Shown piece by piece: positions 1 through 10,066 of a stretch of 64,000 nucleotides of DNA. The position numbers and the translations under genes were made by a program. Under the pieces are notes generated by a model. It saw only the letters and a list, made by a program, of their open reading frames with translations. It was not told the origin of the DNA and did not search any database. Every line of letters starts with the position of its first letter. Within the stretch, counting starts at the first letter, position 1. The stretch is from NCBI GenBank assembly GCA_963771175.1, contig CAVYSY010000050.1, forward strand, positions 32,001-96,000, read 5' to 3'. The DNA comes from an uncultured delta proteobacterium. GTDB taxonomy: Bacteria > Myxococcota > Myxococcia > Myxococcales > Myxococcaceae.

Positions 1-454
1 CTACGAGGTCGTGCGGCAGCTCAAGACGGACTTCCCGCACCTCACCTTCTCGCTCAACGGCGGCGTGAAGTCCCTGGACGAGGCACGCGCGCACCTGGAG
101 TGGGCCGACGGCGTGATGATCGGCCGCGAGGCGTACCAGAACCCCTACATGCTCGCGCTCGCGGACTCGCGCATCTTCGGCGAGGAGGGCCCCGCGCCCA
201 CCCGGCGCCAGGTGGTGGAGGCCCTGCTGCCGTACGCCGAGGCGATGCTGTCGCGCGGCGAGCACCTGTCGCGGCTCACGCGCCACATCCTGGGGCTCTT
301 CGCCGGTCAGCCGGGAGCGCGGGGCTGGAGGAGGGTGCTGAGCGAGCGCGCCTGCCGGCCCGGGGCCGGGATGGAGGTCCTCCGGGATGCGCTCGCCCAG
401 GTGCCGGAGCGGGTCCTGGACGAGCGCTCCCTGCCCGAGCCCGTCGCGGCCTGA
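1..454 (+). CDS. dusA: tRNA-dihydrouridine synthase DusA, 3' part (truncated by window edge)
   Basis: SLNGGV...DGVMIGREAYQNP and RHILGLFAGQPGARGWRRVLS are typical DusA C-terminal motifs. Confidence 0.93.
   Translation, partial: YEVVRQLKTDFPHLTFSLNGGVKSLDEARAHLEWADGVMIGREAYQNPYMLALADSRIFGEEGPAPTRRQVVEALLPYAEAMLSRGEHLSRLTRHILGLFAGQPGARGWRRVLSERACRPGAGMEVLRDALAQVPERVLDERSLPEPVAA
401..427 (+). repeat. 27-bp direct repeat copy 1, inside dusA 3' end
   Basis: GTGCCGGAGCGGGTCCTGGACGAGCGC, identical to 4272-4298. Confidence 0.95.
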
Positions 455-476
455 GTCGCTCCACCGTGCTGGCTGC

Positions 477-1748
477 TCAGGGCGTCAGCAGCCGCCCAAG
501 GAAGAGGACGGACTTCGTCTCCACGTCCTCGATGAGGAAGAGGAAAGGGCGGTCCACGGCGAACGTGGGGGGCAGGGAGGTAACCCCGACGCCAATGCCC
601 GTGGCGGCGGCGGCCTCGGTGCCCTTCTCGTCCACGGCCACGAAGGCCTTGTGCTGCGCGCCGGTGATGAACAGGTGCTCCTGGGTGCTGATGCCCGACA
701 GGTCCGCGCGGTCAGTGAAGGCGTCGGTCATGCCCAGCGCGCCCATGGCCTCGGGCAGGGCGATGTCCGTCTCCACCTGGAACTTGGGGAACCGAAGGAC
801 GAACTCGGTGTTCTTCAGCTCCTGGCGGACAGTGTCGAGGAAGGAGGCCGAGAGCCGCGCGTCGATCTCCTCGAACCGGCCTGCGTCCGGGACGATGATC
901 AGCATGCGGAAGGCGTTGCCCACATAAGGCAGCGCGAGGGCCTGGAAGCCCTCTCCCTCCATGCGGGGCAACGCGAGTTGGCGCTCCATCATCTGGACCT
1001 CCTTGCCACCGCCATTCAGCAAGTTGAAGGTCGCGCTCCGGGTTAGCGAGGGCTCGAAGGGGTCTGCCCAGGAGCCCTTGAAATAGAGCGCGTTGACCAG
1101 CATCAGGCGCGTGTCCGCCGTCACCGAGTTCTTCGGGAGCAGGTCCTTGATGCGCTCCTGCGTCTGGCCCTCGACCCAAGCATTGATCTGGGAGCGGAGG
1201 GGCTCGGCTTCCCGCTGGAAGTCCGCCGCGCGCACGCCCGCGCCGTAGTGCTCGGCGAGCACGTCGAGGTAGGTGGGCTCGAAGGAAAAGCCCCGCTGAC
1301 CCCAGGTGGCGTTCACCACGCGGAACTCCGGAGAGGTTCCCTGTTGGCCCGGCTTGGGCCCGGTGCGGCTCTGGAGCGCCAGGTCCAGCGCGTTCATGGT
1401 GGGGTGGAGCCGTTCCTGGGGCAGGGTGAAGCGCAGCGTCTGCTGCATCTGTTGCTCGGTGTTTCCCCGGGCGCCCGCGTACACCATGGAGAACGCCTGG
1501 GTGATGCTGAAGGGCGAGAAGAAGACGTTCTCTCCCGGCTTGGCGACGTGCCGGTACAGGGCCACCCCGAAGTCGGTGTTCGCGGCGGCGAGAGCCGTCA
1601 GGTCATCGGCTGAGGCATTCGGTTGGGTCACCCGCTGCTTGTCCGAGGCGATGAGCTCGCCGGGCGCTTCGGGGAACTCTTGAGAACAGCCCGCCAGCAC
1701 CAGCACGGCCGCGAGCAGGGAAGAACGCTTGAAAGGGGACGAGGTCAT
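477..1748 (-). CDS. Serpin family lipoprotein
   Basis: Lipobox VLAGC; NVFFSPFSI, LVNALYFKGSW, hinge EKGTEAAAAT, FAVDRPFLFLI; start taken at ATG 1748 (ORF open to 1799). Confidence 0.93.
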   Translation of the reverse strand: MTSSPFKRSSLLAAVLVLAGCSQEFPEAPGELIASDKQRVTQPNASADDLTALAAANTDFGVALYRHVAKPGENVFFSPFSITQAFSMVYAGARGNTEQQMQQTLRFTLPQERLHPTMNALDLALQSRTGPKPGQQGTSPEFRVVNATWGQRGFSFEPTYLDVLAEHYGAGVRAADFQREAEPLRSQINAWVEGQTQERIKDLLPKNSVTADTRLMLVNALYFKGSWADPFEPSLTRSATFNLLNGGGKEVQMMERQLALPRMEGEGFQALALPYVGNAFRMLIIVPDAGRFEEIDARLSASFLDTVRQELKNTEFVLRFPKFQVETDIALPEAMGALGMTDAFTDRADLSGISTQEHLFITGAQHKAFVAVDEKGTEAAAATGIGVGVTSLPPTFAVDRPFLFLIEDVETKSVLFLGRLLTP

Positions 1749-1978
1749 ACCGCTCTTCCCAGCAAGTTGCGTGCACAGCCCTGGCTTGAAGAACTTCATG
1801 CACTTGGGGCGCTACCTGCCTGGAATTTGCCTCGGATTTCTGAGGTGGGTGGTGGGGAGGCGCCGACCCCTCCCCACGGAGTCACGTCCGCGGACCTCCA
1901 GCTCGGCGAAAGCTGGGAGAACAACTTTGTCAGACCAGGAGGTTAAGCTCCACTCGAACTTTTCATCAGGAGTGAGAG

Positions 1979-4201
1979 ATGGAAGCGAGATTCCTCTGGA
2001 GTGCCCTGGGGGCCCTGGCCCTCGCGGGCTGCGGTAGCACCGCCCTCCCCGAGCCAGGCGAGGGCCCCGGCCAGGCCCGACAGGCTGTCGGCAGTTGCCC
2101 CGAGGGTGCCTTCGGCCCGGGGGGCACGATGACCTCGACCTCGACGGGCTCGTCGGCCTTGCCCTTCTTCTCCGCCGCCGCGGACTTCAACGGGGATGGG
2201 CGGCAGGACCTGGCGGTGACGAACGCCTTCACCAACAACCTGGCCATTCTCCTGGGCAACGGGGACGGCTCCTTCGCGCCGCCGGCCGTCTATAGCGTGG
2301 GCACCAACCCACGGGGGGTGGTGGCCCGGGACTTCAACGGGGATGGGCGGCCGGACGTGGCGCTGGCCAGCTACAGCACCCACACGGTGCGCGTCCTGCT
2401 CAACCAGGGCAACGGCACCTTCGGCCCGCCCCTGAGCTACACCGTGGGCACCAACCCCTACGGCCTGGCCAGCGCGGACCTCAACGGGGATGGCCGGCTG
2501 GACCTGGCCGTGGCCAATTACGGCAGCGGCACCGTGGGCGTGCTGCTCGGCAACGGCAACGGCACCTTCGCCGCCCAGGTCACCTACGCGGTGGCCACCT
2601 CCCCGCGGGCCGTGGCGACCGGAGACTTCGACGGGGACGGCAAGCCGGACCTGGCCGTGGCCCACTACCAGTCCGGCAGCAGCGCCGTGCACACCCTGCG
2701 CAACCAGGGCAACGGCACCTTCGCCGCCCAGGGGAGCTACACCGCGGGCAGCAAGGCCACCTCCGTGGTCAGCGTGGACCTGGATGGGGACGGCGCGCTC
2801 GACCTGGCGGTGTCCAACTCCGGCTCGAGCTCCGTGAGCGTGTTCAAGGGCCAGGGCAGCGGGGCCTTCACCGTGCAGCCCTCCTTGCCCGTGGGCTACC
2901 GCCCCTACTCCGTCGCCAGCGCCGACATGAATGGCGACGGCCGGCCCGAGCTCCTCGTGCCCAACTACGGCGATGGGACGCTGGGCGTGCTGCGCAACCT
3001 GGGCAGCGGGAGCTTCGCGGCCCAGGTGACGTACCTGGTGGGCAACTCGCCCGCCTTCGTCACCGTGGTGGACCTGGACGGGGACACCGCGCCGGACGTG
3101 GCCCTGGCGAGCCTCGGCTCCGACGGCGTGCGCACGCTGCTCAATCGCGGCGATGGGACCTTCACCGCGGCGGCGCACTTCGCCACCGGCGCCAACCCGT
3201 GGGGCCTCGCCGCGGGCGACCTGGATGGGGACGGCAAGCCGGAACTGGCCGTGGCCAACACCACCGCCAACACGGTGAGCGTGCTCACCAACCAGGGACT
3301 CGGGAGCTTCGGCTCGCAGCAGGTGTACAGCGTGGGCCTCACGCCCATTGCGCTGACGTGGGGCGACTTCGACGCGGATGGCCGGGCGGACCTGGCCGTG
3401 GCCAACCATGACGGCCACACCGTGAGCGTGCTGCGCAACCAGGGCGGCTCGCTCGCCCCGCAGGTGACGCACGCCACCGGCACCAATCCCTCCTCGGTGA
3501 CGGCCGTGGACCTCAACGCCGACGGCAAGCTGGACCTGGCGGTGACGAACTACGGCGGCGCCTCGCTGAGCCTGCTGCTCAATGACGGGCTTGGCTCCTT
3601 CCTCCCCCAGGTCACCCAGGTGCTGGCGGGTACCTACCCGGCCTCGCTCGCCTCAGGGGACTTCGACGGCGACGGCAAGCTGGACCTGGCGGTGACGAAC
3701 CACGGGGCCAGCGCGGGCAGCGGCGGGGTGCTGCTGCTGCGCGGTGACGGGCTGGGCGGCTTCACCCTGAAGGCCTCTTTCTCCACCGGCGCCCGCTCCC
3801 GCTCCATTGCCTCCGGGGACTTCAACGGCGATGGCTGGCTCGACGTGGCCGTGAGCAACGAGGAGCCCTCCTCGCTCGGCGTCCTCCTCAACGACGGGCT
3901 GGGCGGCTTCCTCCCCCAGGTGAGCTACCCCGCCGGCGCCTACGTGTACGCCGTCGCCACGGGGGACTTCGACGGGGATGGGACGCTGGACCTGGTGGCG
4001 CCTGCCATCGAGGGAGACTCGCTCGGCCTCTTCAGTGGCCTCGGCAATGGCACCTTCCGCTCGCCGCGGGTGTACCCGGCTGGCAACAGCCCCGCGGGCG
4101 TGCTGGCCAGGGACCTGGACGGCGACGGCCGGCTGGACGTGGCGACGACCGGCTACGACGGCGCCACGGTGGATGTGCTGATCAACACCTGCATGCCCTG
4201 A
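1979..4201 (+). CDS. FG-GAP/VCBS repeat lipoprotein (beta-propellers)
   Basis: Lipobox LAGC; about 14 repeats of D(F/L)(N/D)GDG-x-x-DLAV. Confidence 0.92.
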   Translation: MEARFLWSALGALALAGCGSTALPEPGEGPGQARQAVGSCPEGAFGPGGTMTSTSTGSSALPFFSAAADFNGDGRQDLAVTNAFTNNLAILLGNGDGSFAPPAVYSVGTNPRGVVARDFNGDGRPDVALASYSTHTVRVLLNQGNGTFGPPLSYTVGTNPYGLASADLNGDGRLDLAVANYGSGTVGVLLGNGNGTFAAQVTYAVATSPRAVATGDFDGDGKPDLAVAHYQSGSSAVHTLRNQGNGTFAAQGSYTAGSKATSVVSVDLDGDGALDLAVSNSGSSSVSVFKGQGSGAFTVQPSLPVGYRPYSVASADMNGDGRPELLVPNYGDGTLGVLRNLGSGSFAAQVTYLVGNSPAFVTVVDLDGDTAPDVALASLGSDGVRTLLNRGDGTFTAAAHFATGANPWGLAAGDLDGDGKPELAVANTTANTVSVLTNQGLGSFGSQQVYSVGLTPIALTWGDFDADGRADLAVANHDGHTVSVLRNQGGSLAPQVTHATGTNPSSVTAVDLNADGKLDLAVTNYGGASLSLLLNDGLGSFLPQVTQVLAGTYPASLASGDFDGDGKLDLAVTNHGASAGSGGVLLLRGDGLGGFTLKASFSTGARSRSIASGDFNGDGWLDVAVSNEEPSSLGVLLNDGLGGFLPQVSYPAGAYVYAVATGDFDGDGTLDLVAPAIEGDSLGLFSGLGNGTFRSPRVYPAGNSPAGVLARDLDGDGRLDVATTGYDGATVDVLINTCMP

Positions 4202-4271
4202 GGTGAGCGGGAGGCCCAGGGGCTCGAGCCTGGTAGGGGAAAGCCAGGCCCGGGCACCGAGTCAACGAAAC

Positions 4272-4298
4272 GTGCCGGAGCGGGTCCTGGACGAGCGC
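4272..4298 (+). repeat. 27-bp direct repeat copy 2 (duplicated dusA segment, intergenic)
   Basis: Identical to 401-427. Confidence 0.95.
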
Positions 4299-4343
4299 GA
4301 GGCGACGCGTTGCGGCGCATGGAAGCGCTTGCCCGTCACGGGC

Positions 4344-5087
4344 TCACGACATGACGAAACCGCCCGTGGCGCCAATCGACTGGCCGGTGACCCACTGGCT
4401 GCTCTCCGAGGCAAGGAAGGCGACGACGTCCGCGATGTCCTCGGTCCGGCCCACGCGCCGCAGGGGCGTGACCTGGACCATGCCCTGGCGCTGCTCCTCC
4501 GTGCAGAACGCCGTCATGTCCGTCTCCACCATGCCGGCCATGATGGAGTTGACGGTGATGCCCCTCGGTCCAAGCTCCGCCGCGAGGGTGCGCGTGAACG
4601 CCTCGACGCCCGCCTTGCTCGCCGCATACACGCCGAGCGCCGGGATGGGCGAGCGGGTGGCGGTCGAGGTGATGTTGATGATCCGGCCGCCCTGGCCCAG
4701 GCGCCGCGCGGCCTGCTGACTGGCGCTCACCACGCCCCACAGGTTGACGTCGAGGATGCGCTGGAAGTGCGCCCGATCGACGGTGTCGATGGGACGCATC
4801 TCGAGGATGCCCGCGTTGTTGACCAGGATGTCCAGGCGCCCGAAGCGCGCGTCCATCCGCTCGAAGAGCTGCTGCACCTGCGCCTCGTCGGCCACGTCCG
4901 CGCGCTCGACGAGGACCTCGCCTCCGGCGCGCTGGATGTCGGCGGCCACCTGGTGGGCGGCCTCCTCGTTGCGCGTGTAGTTGAGGACGACCTTGGCCCC
5001 CTGGGCCGCCAGCTTCCGTGCGATGCCCGCTCCGATACCGCGCGAGGCTCCCGTGACGATGGCGACCTTTCCTTCGAGTCCGTTCAT
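4344..5087 (-). CDS. Short-chain dehydrogenase/reductase
   Basis: TGASRGIG, NNAG and YAASK motifs. Confidence 0.95.
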   Translation of the reverse strand: MNGLEGKVAIVTGASRGIGAGIARKLAAQGAKVVLNYTRNEEAAHQVAADIQRAGGEVLVERADVADEAQVQQLFERMDARFGRLDILVNNAGILEMRPIDTVDRAHFQRILDVNLWGVVSASQQAARRLGQGGRIINITSTATRSPIPALGVYAASKAGVEAFTRTLAAELGPRGITVNSIMAGMVETDMTAFCTEEQRQGMVQVTPLRRVGRTEDIADVVAFLASESSQWVTGQSIGATGGFVMS

Positions 5088-5138
5088 GTGCGCTCCCCGT
5101 GAGTGGAGGCGACAGCATGCCCGGCTGGGCCGGAGTGT

Positions 5139-5681
5139 CTACTCCACCCAGGTGATGCGGAACGAGGCCTCGTCACCCCTCCTGGAGCCGAGCTCCACCT
5201 GGAGCCCCTTTGCCCCCGCCATCTCCAGGCCCGCGCTGAGGATGCCCCGGAAGTAGCCGGGGCGCGCCGCGTAGTTGAACCACAGCTCGTACGCGCCTGG
5301 CCCTACCGGCTGCAGCCGTGTCTCGGTGTAGTTGTTCGCGCTGCGGAAGTTGATGTTCATGCGCTGGAGGATGCGGCGCGGGCCGACGGTCCGCGCCATC
5401 GCCCTGAGCGCTTTGCCCCTCAGCGTCTGCGTGGTGTAGGCCTCCATGAAGGCCCGCCCCAACTCGTAGCACCCATCGTCCGGGTACATCCGCGGCCAGC
5501 GCTGGCTGACGATGTAGTCGATGATCGCGGTGTAGACGTCCATCGGGTACGCCGGCAGCAGCGGCCTGCTCGGATCGACCCCTCGCGCCACCAGTGCTGA
5601 GAGCTGCTCGGGTGGCAGCGGCTGCCCCATCACCCGGAGCAGGCTCTCCATCGCGTTGCTGAAGACAAGCTTCTCCGTCAC
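5139..5681 (-). CDS. DUF2378 family (Myxococcales-restricted) protein
   Basis: EKLVF...LLPAYP...FRSANNY...F-x-ITW pattern; GTG start inferred. Confidence 0.85.
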   Translation of the reverse strand: MTEKLVFSNAMESLLRVMGQPLPPEQLSALVARGVDPSRPLLPAYPMDVYTAIIDYIVSQRWPRMYPDDGCYELGRAFMEAYTTQTLRGKALRAMARTVGPRRILQRMNINFRSANNYTETRLQPVGPGAYELWFNYAARPGYFRGILSAGLEMAGAKGLQVELGSRRGDEASFRITWVE

Positions 5682-5822
5682 GGGCGCGACTCTACACCGA
5701 AGGGGCGCATGGAGGGACTCCACAGAGCTCCGCCGCCGGACTCGCAGCGCCACCAGCCCCTTCCGCCGTGGCGGGCGGGCGGGTAGGTGACGGTGGCGCC
5801 TCGAGTCGCGAGAATCCCACCC

Positions 5823-7049
5823 ATGACCGATCCAGCCTCACCTCCCAAGCCCATGCCGCCTCCCCTGAACCTGCTCGATCCCGAGTTCCGCGCGAATCCG
5901 TATCCGACCTATGCGCGGCTGCGGCGCGAGATGCCGGTGTGCCGGGTGGAGCCGGGCGGGATGTGGGCCGCCTTCCGCTACGACGACGTGGTGAACGGCT
6001 ACAAGAACTCCGAGAAGTTCTCGTCCGGGGCCGTGCGTGCGGCCGGGGAGCCACCCTGGTTGGGCCGCGACAACCCGATGAGCAGCTCGCTCCTGGGGCT
6101 GGATCCTCCGCAGCACGGGCGGCTGCGGGCGCTGGTCAACCGGGCCTTTGGTCCTCACACCCTCGCCCGGATGGAGCCCCGCATCCGCAAGTGGGCCGAC
6201 GACCTCGTCGGCAAGATGGTGGAGCGTCGCCAGGTGGAGTTCGTGAGCGAGTTCGCCCTGCCTCTGCCTTCCGCCGTCATCGGCGAGCTGCTGGGGTTGG
6301 ATCCCTCGCTCCAGTCGAGCTTCAAGATCTGGTCGGATCACCTCGTCTTCATCCCCGCCGTCCCTCCGGATCACGTGGAGCTGCAGAACGTGGTGCGCGG
6401 CTCCATCAATGAGATGGAGGGCTACCTGCGGAAGGTGCTCGACAGCCGTCGCCGCGAGCCGGGGGACGATCTGATCAGCGATCTGCTGCGTGCCCGGGTG
6501 GACGGCGATTCCCTCACCGAGCGGGAGCTGATGGGCTTCTGCTTCCTGCTGCTGCTCGGCGGACTGGAGACGACCGTCTACCTGATGGGCAACATCGCGG
6601 TGCTGCTGGCGGATCGGCCGGACGTGTGGGCCCGGCTGAAAGCGGACCGCTCGCTCATCCCGCGCTTCGTCGAGGAGCTGCTCCGCACCGAGCCGCCGCT
6701 GCACGGCACGGTCCGCCTGACCACGACCGAGGTGGAGCTGAGCGGTGTCCGGCTGCCACCCGGGACGATCCTGCTGATCATGCAGGGCTCGGCGCTGCGG
6801 GACGAGGCGTACTTCCCGGAGGGTGAGCGCTTCGATCTGGACCGCACCGCCAACGCCAACCTGGCCTTCGGGCAGGGCATCCACTTCTGCCTGGGCTCGG
6901 GTCTGGCGAGGCTGGAGGCGCGGATCGCCGTGGAGACGCTGCTCGACCGGTGCGAGAAGCTCGTCCGCCCGGCCGGGCCTGTCCAGTACTGCCAGTCCCT
7001 CACCCTGCGGGGGCCGAACTCGCTTCCCCTGGAGCTGATCCCCGCCTGA
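5823..7049 (+). CDS. Cytochrome P450
   Basis: DPPQHGRLR, I-helix GGLETT, ExxR (EELLR), heme motif FGQGIHFCLG. Confidence 0.96.
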   Translation: MTDPASPPKPMPPPLNLLDPEFRANPYPTYARLRREMPVCRVEPGGMWAAFRYDDVVNGYKNSEKFSSGAVRAAGEPPWLGRDNPMSSSLLGLDPPQHGRLRALVNRAFGPHTLARMEPRIRKWADDLVGKMVERRQVEFVSEFALPLPSAVIGELLGLDPSLQSSFKIWSDHLVFIPAVPPDHVELQNVVRGSINEMEGYLRKVLDSRRREPGDDLISDLLRARVDGDSLTERELMGFCFLLLLGGLETTVYLMGNIAVLLADRPDVWARLKADRSLIPRFVEELLRTEPPLHGTVRLTTTEVELSGVRLPPGTILLIMQGSALRDEAYFPEGERFDLDRTANANLAFGQGIHFCLGSGLARLEARIAVETLLDRCEKLVRPAGPVQYCQSLTLRGPNSLPLELIPA

Positions 7050-7063
7050 CGCTGGAAATACGA

Positions 7064-7092
7064 GGGGCCCGATGGAAAGACCATCGGGCCCC
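7064..7092. terminator. Hairpin between convergent genes, probable bidirectional terminator
   Basis: GGGGCCCGATGG-AAAGA-CCATCGGGCCCC, perfect 12-bp stem, no clear U-tract. Confidence 0.7.
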
Positions 7093-7114
7093 GGGGAACG
7101 ACGTGTGGCCTGGA

Positions 7115-8726
7115 CTAGCGGACGACCTTGTCCAGCGGCTTGGCCTCGGAGGTGTTCTGCTCCTTCGTCCAGTCGATCACGGGCGTCTGCCACGACATGC
7201 CCGTCTCGCCCGGCTCCGGATCCAGCTTCTCGAACTCGAAGCCGTCGCCGCCGAAGTACAGGTACTCGACCGTCGCGATCTTGTACTCCTTCTTCGGATC
7301 CAGCGGCTTGCCCTTGGCGTCCTTGAACTTGCCCTTACCGGCCGGCGTGAAGCCCGAGTACACCGCCTCCGGGTTCTCGAGCTGACGCGCCAGGTCCGCG
7401 CCCTTCACCTCCACCACCAGCAGCGAGTTCTCGTACGGTATCACCGAGTACACGCTGCCCTTCGTCACCGGACCCGCCGGCAGGCCCCCGCGGAAGCCCT
7501 TGCGGTTGAGCACCACCCCCACCACCCCGTCCGTCTCGAGCTGCTTCTGGATGGCGTTCGTCACCCACGCGCCGAGCTGCTTGGAGTCCTGCTCGAAGCC
7601 CTTCTTCGTGAAGCCGATCTGCTCGCCCAGGGCCTGGTCCAGCCGGGCCTTGTAGTCGGCGATCGTCTTGGCGACGTCGGCGTTCGCGGCCGGAGCGCCC
7701 TCGCCACCCGTCACCTCCACCTGCTTCGTCTCCACCGCCGTCACCCGCTCACCCGCCGGCTTGGACGGATCATAGGTGTAGCGCCGCGCGCACGTAGTTG
7801 CCGAAGCCCCGGCCCAGCGACACGTAGGCGGTGTTGCCCTCCTTGGTGTCCACCGGCTGCGGGCAGCGGCCACCGGCCACCAGCGACACCTTCCACTCGG
7901 GGTGCTTGGACACCACCGGCTGCAGGTCGCTCGGGCACTCGTCGGCGAGCACCACCACGGTCTCCGCTCCGGCCTTCTGGGCCTCGGCCACCGCGCTCGT
8001 CAGCGCCTGCTCGTCGCTGCTCGTCTCCAGCCCCGCGGCGCGCCCGGACATGGACGTGGTCACCGTCTTGGGCGAGGTCAGGCCCACCACGCCCACCTTC
8101 AGGCCCTGGCGCTCGAACACCTTGAAGGCCGGCTGCTCCCAGCCCTTGGCCAGCGCCGGGTCCGTCACCTTCAGGTTGGCGGCCAGGAAGGGGAAGCCGC
8201 CGAGCTGCTGGTTCTTCTGGAACTGCTCCTGGCCGTAGTCCAGCTCGTGGTTGCCGAGGGCGGAGGCGGCGAAGCCCATGTGGCCCATCACCGCCGCGGT
8301 GGGCTCACCGTAGAAGAAGGAGGAGATGGCCGGTCCGGCCCAGGCGTCGCCGATGGTCAGCGCCAGCGTGGAGGCGTTCGGACACGGGGCTTGACCGTCC
8401 TTCACCTGACCCGGACAGTGCTTCTCCTTGGCCTCCCACCACCCGAGCAGCTCCGCCGCGCCCACGGTGGGCTTCTCGCCCTCGTTGGAGGTGGGCAGGA
8501 GCTGACCACTGGCGCTGCCGATGACGAGGAGCGTCACCGTGGTGGGCTTCGGGGCCGCGGGAGCCTGCGCCGGCTGGGCGGTCTCGGCGGGAGGGTTCTC
8601 CTGCCTGGCGGAATTCTTCTCGCAGCCGGTGAGGGCGCCCAGGAGGGCGAAGGCCACCACACCGGAAGTACGACGCAGCGGGGCCACCACACCCGATGCC
8701 GGCTTGGATACGGACTCGCGACGCAT
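7115..8726 (-). CDS. Metallophosphatase/5'-nucleotidase family lipoprotein, one frameshift near 7785
   Basis: Lipobox LTGC, GD and GNHELDYG motifs in ORF 7770-8771; C-terminal domain (NRKGFRG, IPYEN, ATVEYLYFGGDG) continues in ORF 7115-7873. Confidence 0.85.
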
Positions 8727-8839
8727 GAGGTCTCCGGAGTTGTTGACGATACGACCGCGCGAATAGCACACCTCCCCCCCCTGGTCGTCAAAAAGGGCAT
8801 GTCCGCCTTCCCCCTCCTGGCCGTGCTAGCGTCCCGGCC

Positions 8840-10066
8840 GTGCACAGCCAGAAGGACGGCGCGCCTCCTCCGGAGACGGAGCTGGCCGGGAGCCGTGAGC
8901 AGGGGGGAAGTGCGGTCGGGAATCGGAGGCTCTCGCGGGTGTGGGAGGACGTGCGCCGTGGCGCGGCCCACTTCCCCCAGGGAGGCGTCCCGTCGCCGGG
9001 TAACCGCCTGGCTCAGTTCGCCCATGGCCTCTGCCTGCCGTTCCACATGGCGCGGGCCCTCTTCGAGGACCGGGGGGCCCTGTGGCGCTACCTGAAGTTC
9101 GGCACCTTCCAGGCGATCACCATCCTCGTGCTGGCGGTGCTCTTCACGGGCTCGGGCAGGGAGGTCGTGGAGACCGTTGGGCCCGAGCATCTCGAGGCGC
9201 GGTACGAGGAGGCGGAGGCGGCCCGGATCGAGGCGGAGGAACCCCCGCGGAAGGCCAAGGAGCTGCGGCGTGCCGCCGATAAGGCCGAGCGCGAGCGGCG
9301 GCGCACCGTGCGCCGGGTGGTGTACTGGGCGGCGCTCTTCTCCGCCCTGCAGATCGCCCAGTGGATCGTCATCGCCCTGTCGCGCGACTACCACACCGCG
9401 CTCTCCCGGGAGCTGAGCCTGCGGGTCGGTCTCACGCCCGAGGACGAGCCGCTCACCCCGCGCGTCCGGCTCAACCTGGGGTGGCTGCGCACCAAGATGA
9501 AGCGCCGCTGGCGGGGCCTGTTGGCATTCGCTCTCGGGATGCCCCTGTTCTATGCCGCCAGGGCGCTGCTGCCCGGGGGGCGGTTCCTCTTCCCGGTGCT
9601 GGTGTCCCTGTGGGGTGCCTGGTGGTTCGTGGTCTTCACCGCCGCGAAGAGCGCCCGGGCCTGGGTGGATCCGGCTCCGCGCGAGCCCTGGTTCCTGCGC
9701 GGCTGGAGCTGGCTCTCCGCGCGCTTCGCCTTCTTCCGCTGGTCGCCGTTCGGTGCCTACAACTCGCTGTGGACGACCTTCACCCGGCCCCTGTTCTCCC
9801 CGGCGGCCAGCGTGGAGCGGCAGCCGTGGACCCTGGGGGGGCTCGCGGTGGTGCGGGCGCTCTCGGTGCTGCCGCTGCTCAAGTGCTACCTGCGCCCCCT
9901 CGTCCCCGTGGCCGCCGCCTGGCTGCTGGCCCAGGACGGCACGGGGGAGGGAAGTGCTAGCCGGCCAGGGGCCGCTTCTGGCCCGGAGTCGGGTTCTCCT
10001 CCTCCTGCCGGTGCTCCCCCAGCTCCACCACCTGTCCCGGGTGGCGCGGCTCCGACGACTGGATGA
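8840..10066 (+). CDS. Multi-pass membrane protein of unknown function
   Basis: 408-aa ORF with several hydrophobic segments and host-like codon usage; start uncertain. Confidence 0.7.
   Translation: MHSQKDGAPPPETELAGSREQGGSAVGNRRLSRVWEDVRRGAAHFPQGGVPSPGNRLAQFAHGLCLPFHMARALFEDRGALWRYLKFGTFQAITILVLAVLFTGSGREVVETVGPEHLEARYEEAEAARIEAEEPPRKAKELRRAADKAERERRRTVRRVVYWAALFSALQIAQWIVIALSRDYHTALSRELSLRVGLTPEDEPLTPRVRLNLGWLRTKMKRRWRGLLAFALGMPLFYAARALLPGGRFLFPVLVSLWGAWWFVVFTAAKSARAWVDPAPREPWFLRGWSWLSARFAFFRWSPFGAYNSLWTTFTRPLFSPAASVERQPWTLGGLAVVRALSVLPLLKCYLRPLVPVAAAWLLAQDGTGEGSASRPGAASGPESGSPPPAGAPPAPPPVPGGAAPTTG

Noticed and set aside
1979..4201. Periodic DNA repeats as a non-coding array
   Set aside because: Fully explained by FG-GAP protein repeats.
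9957..10066. 110-bp convergent overlap as a regulatory feature
   Set aside because: Both tails are low-complexity; such overlaps are common in high-GC genomes.
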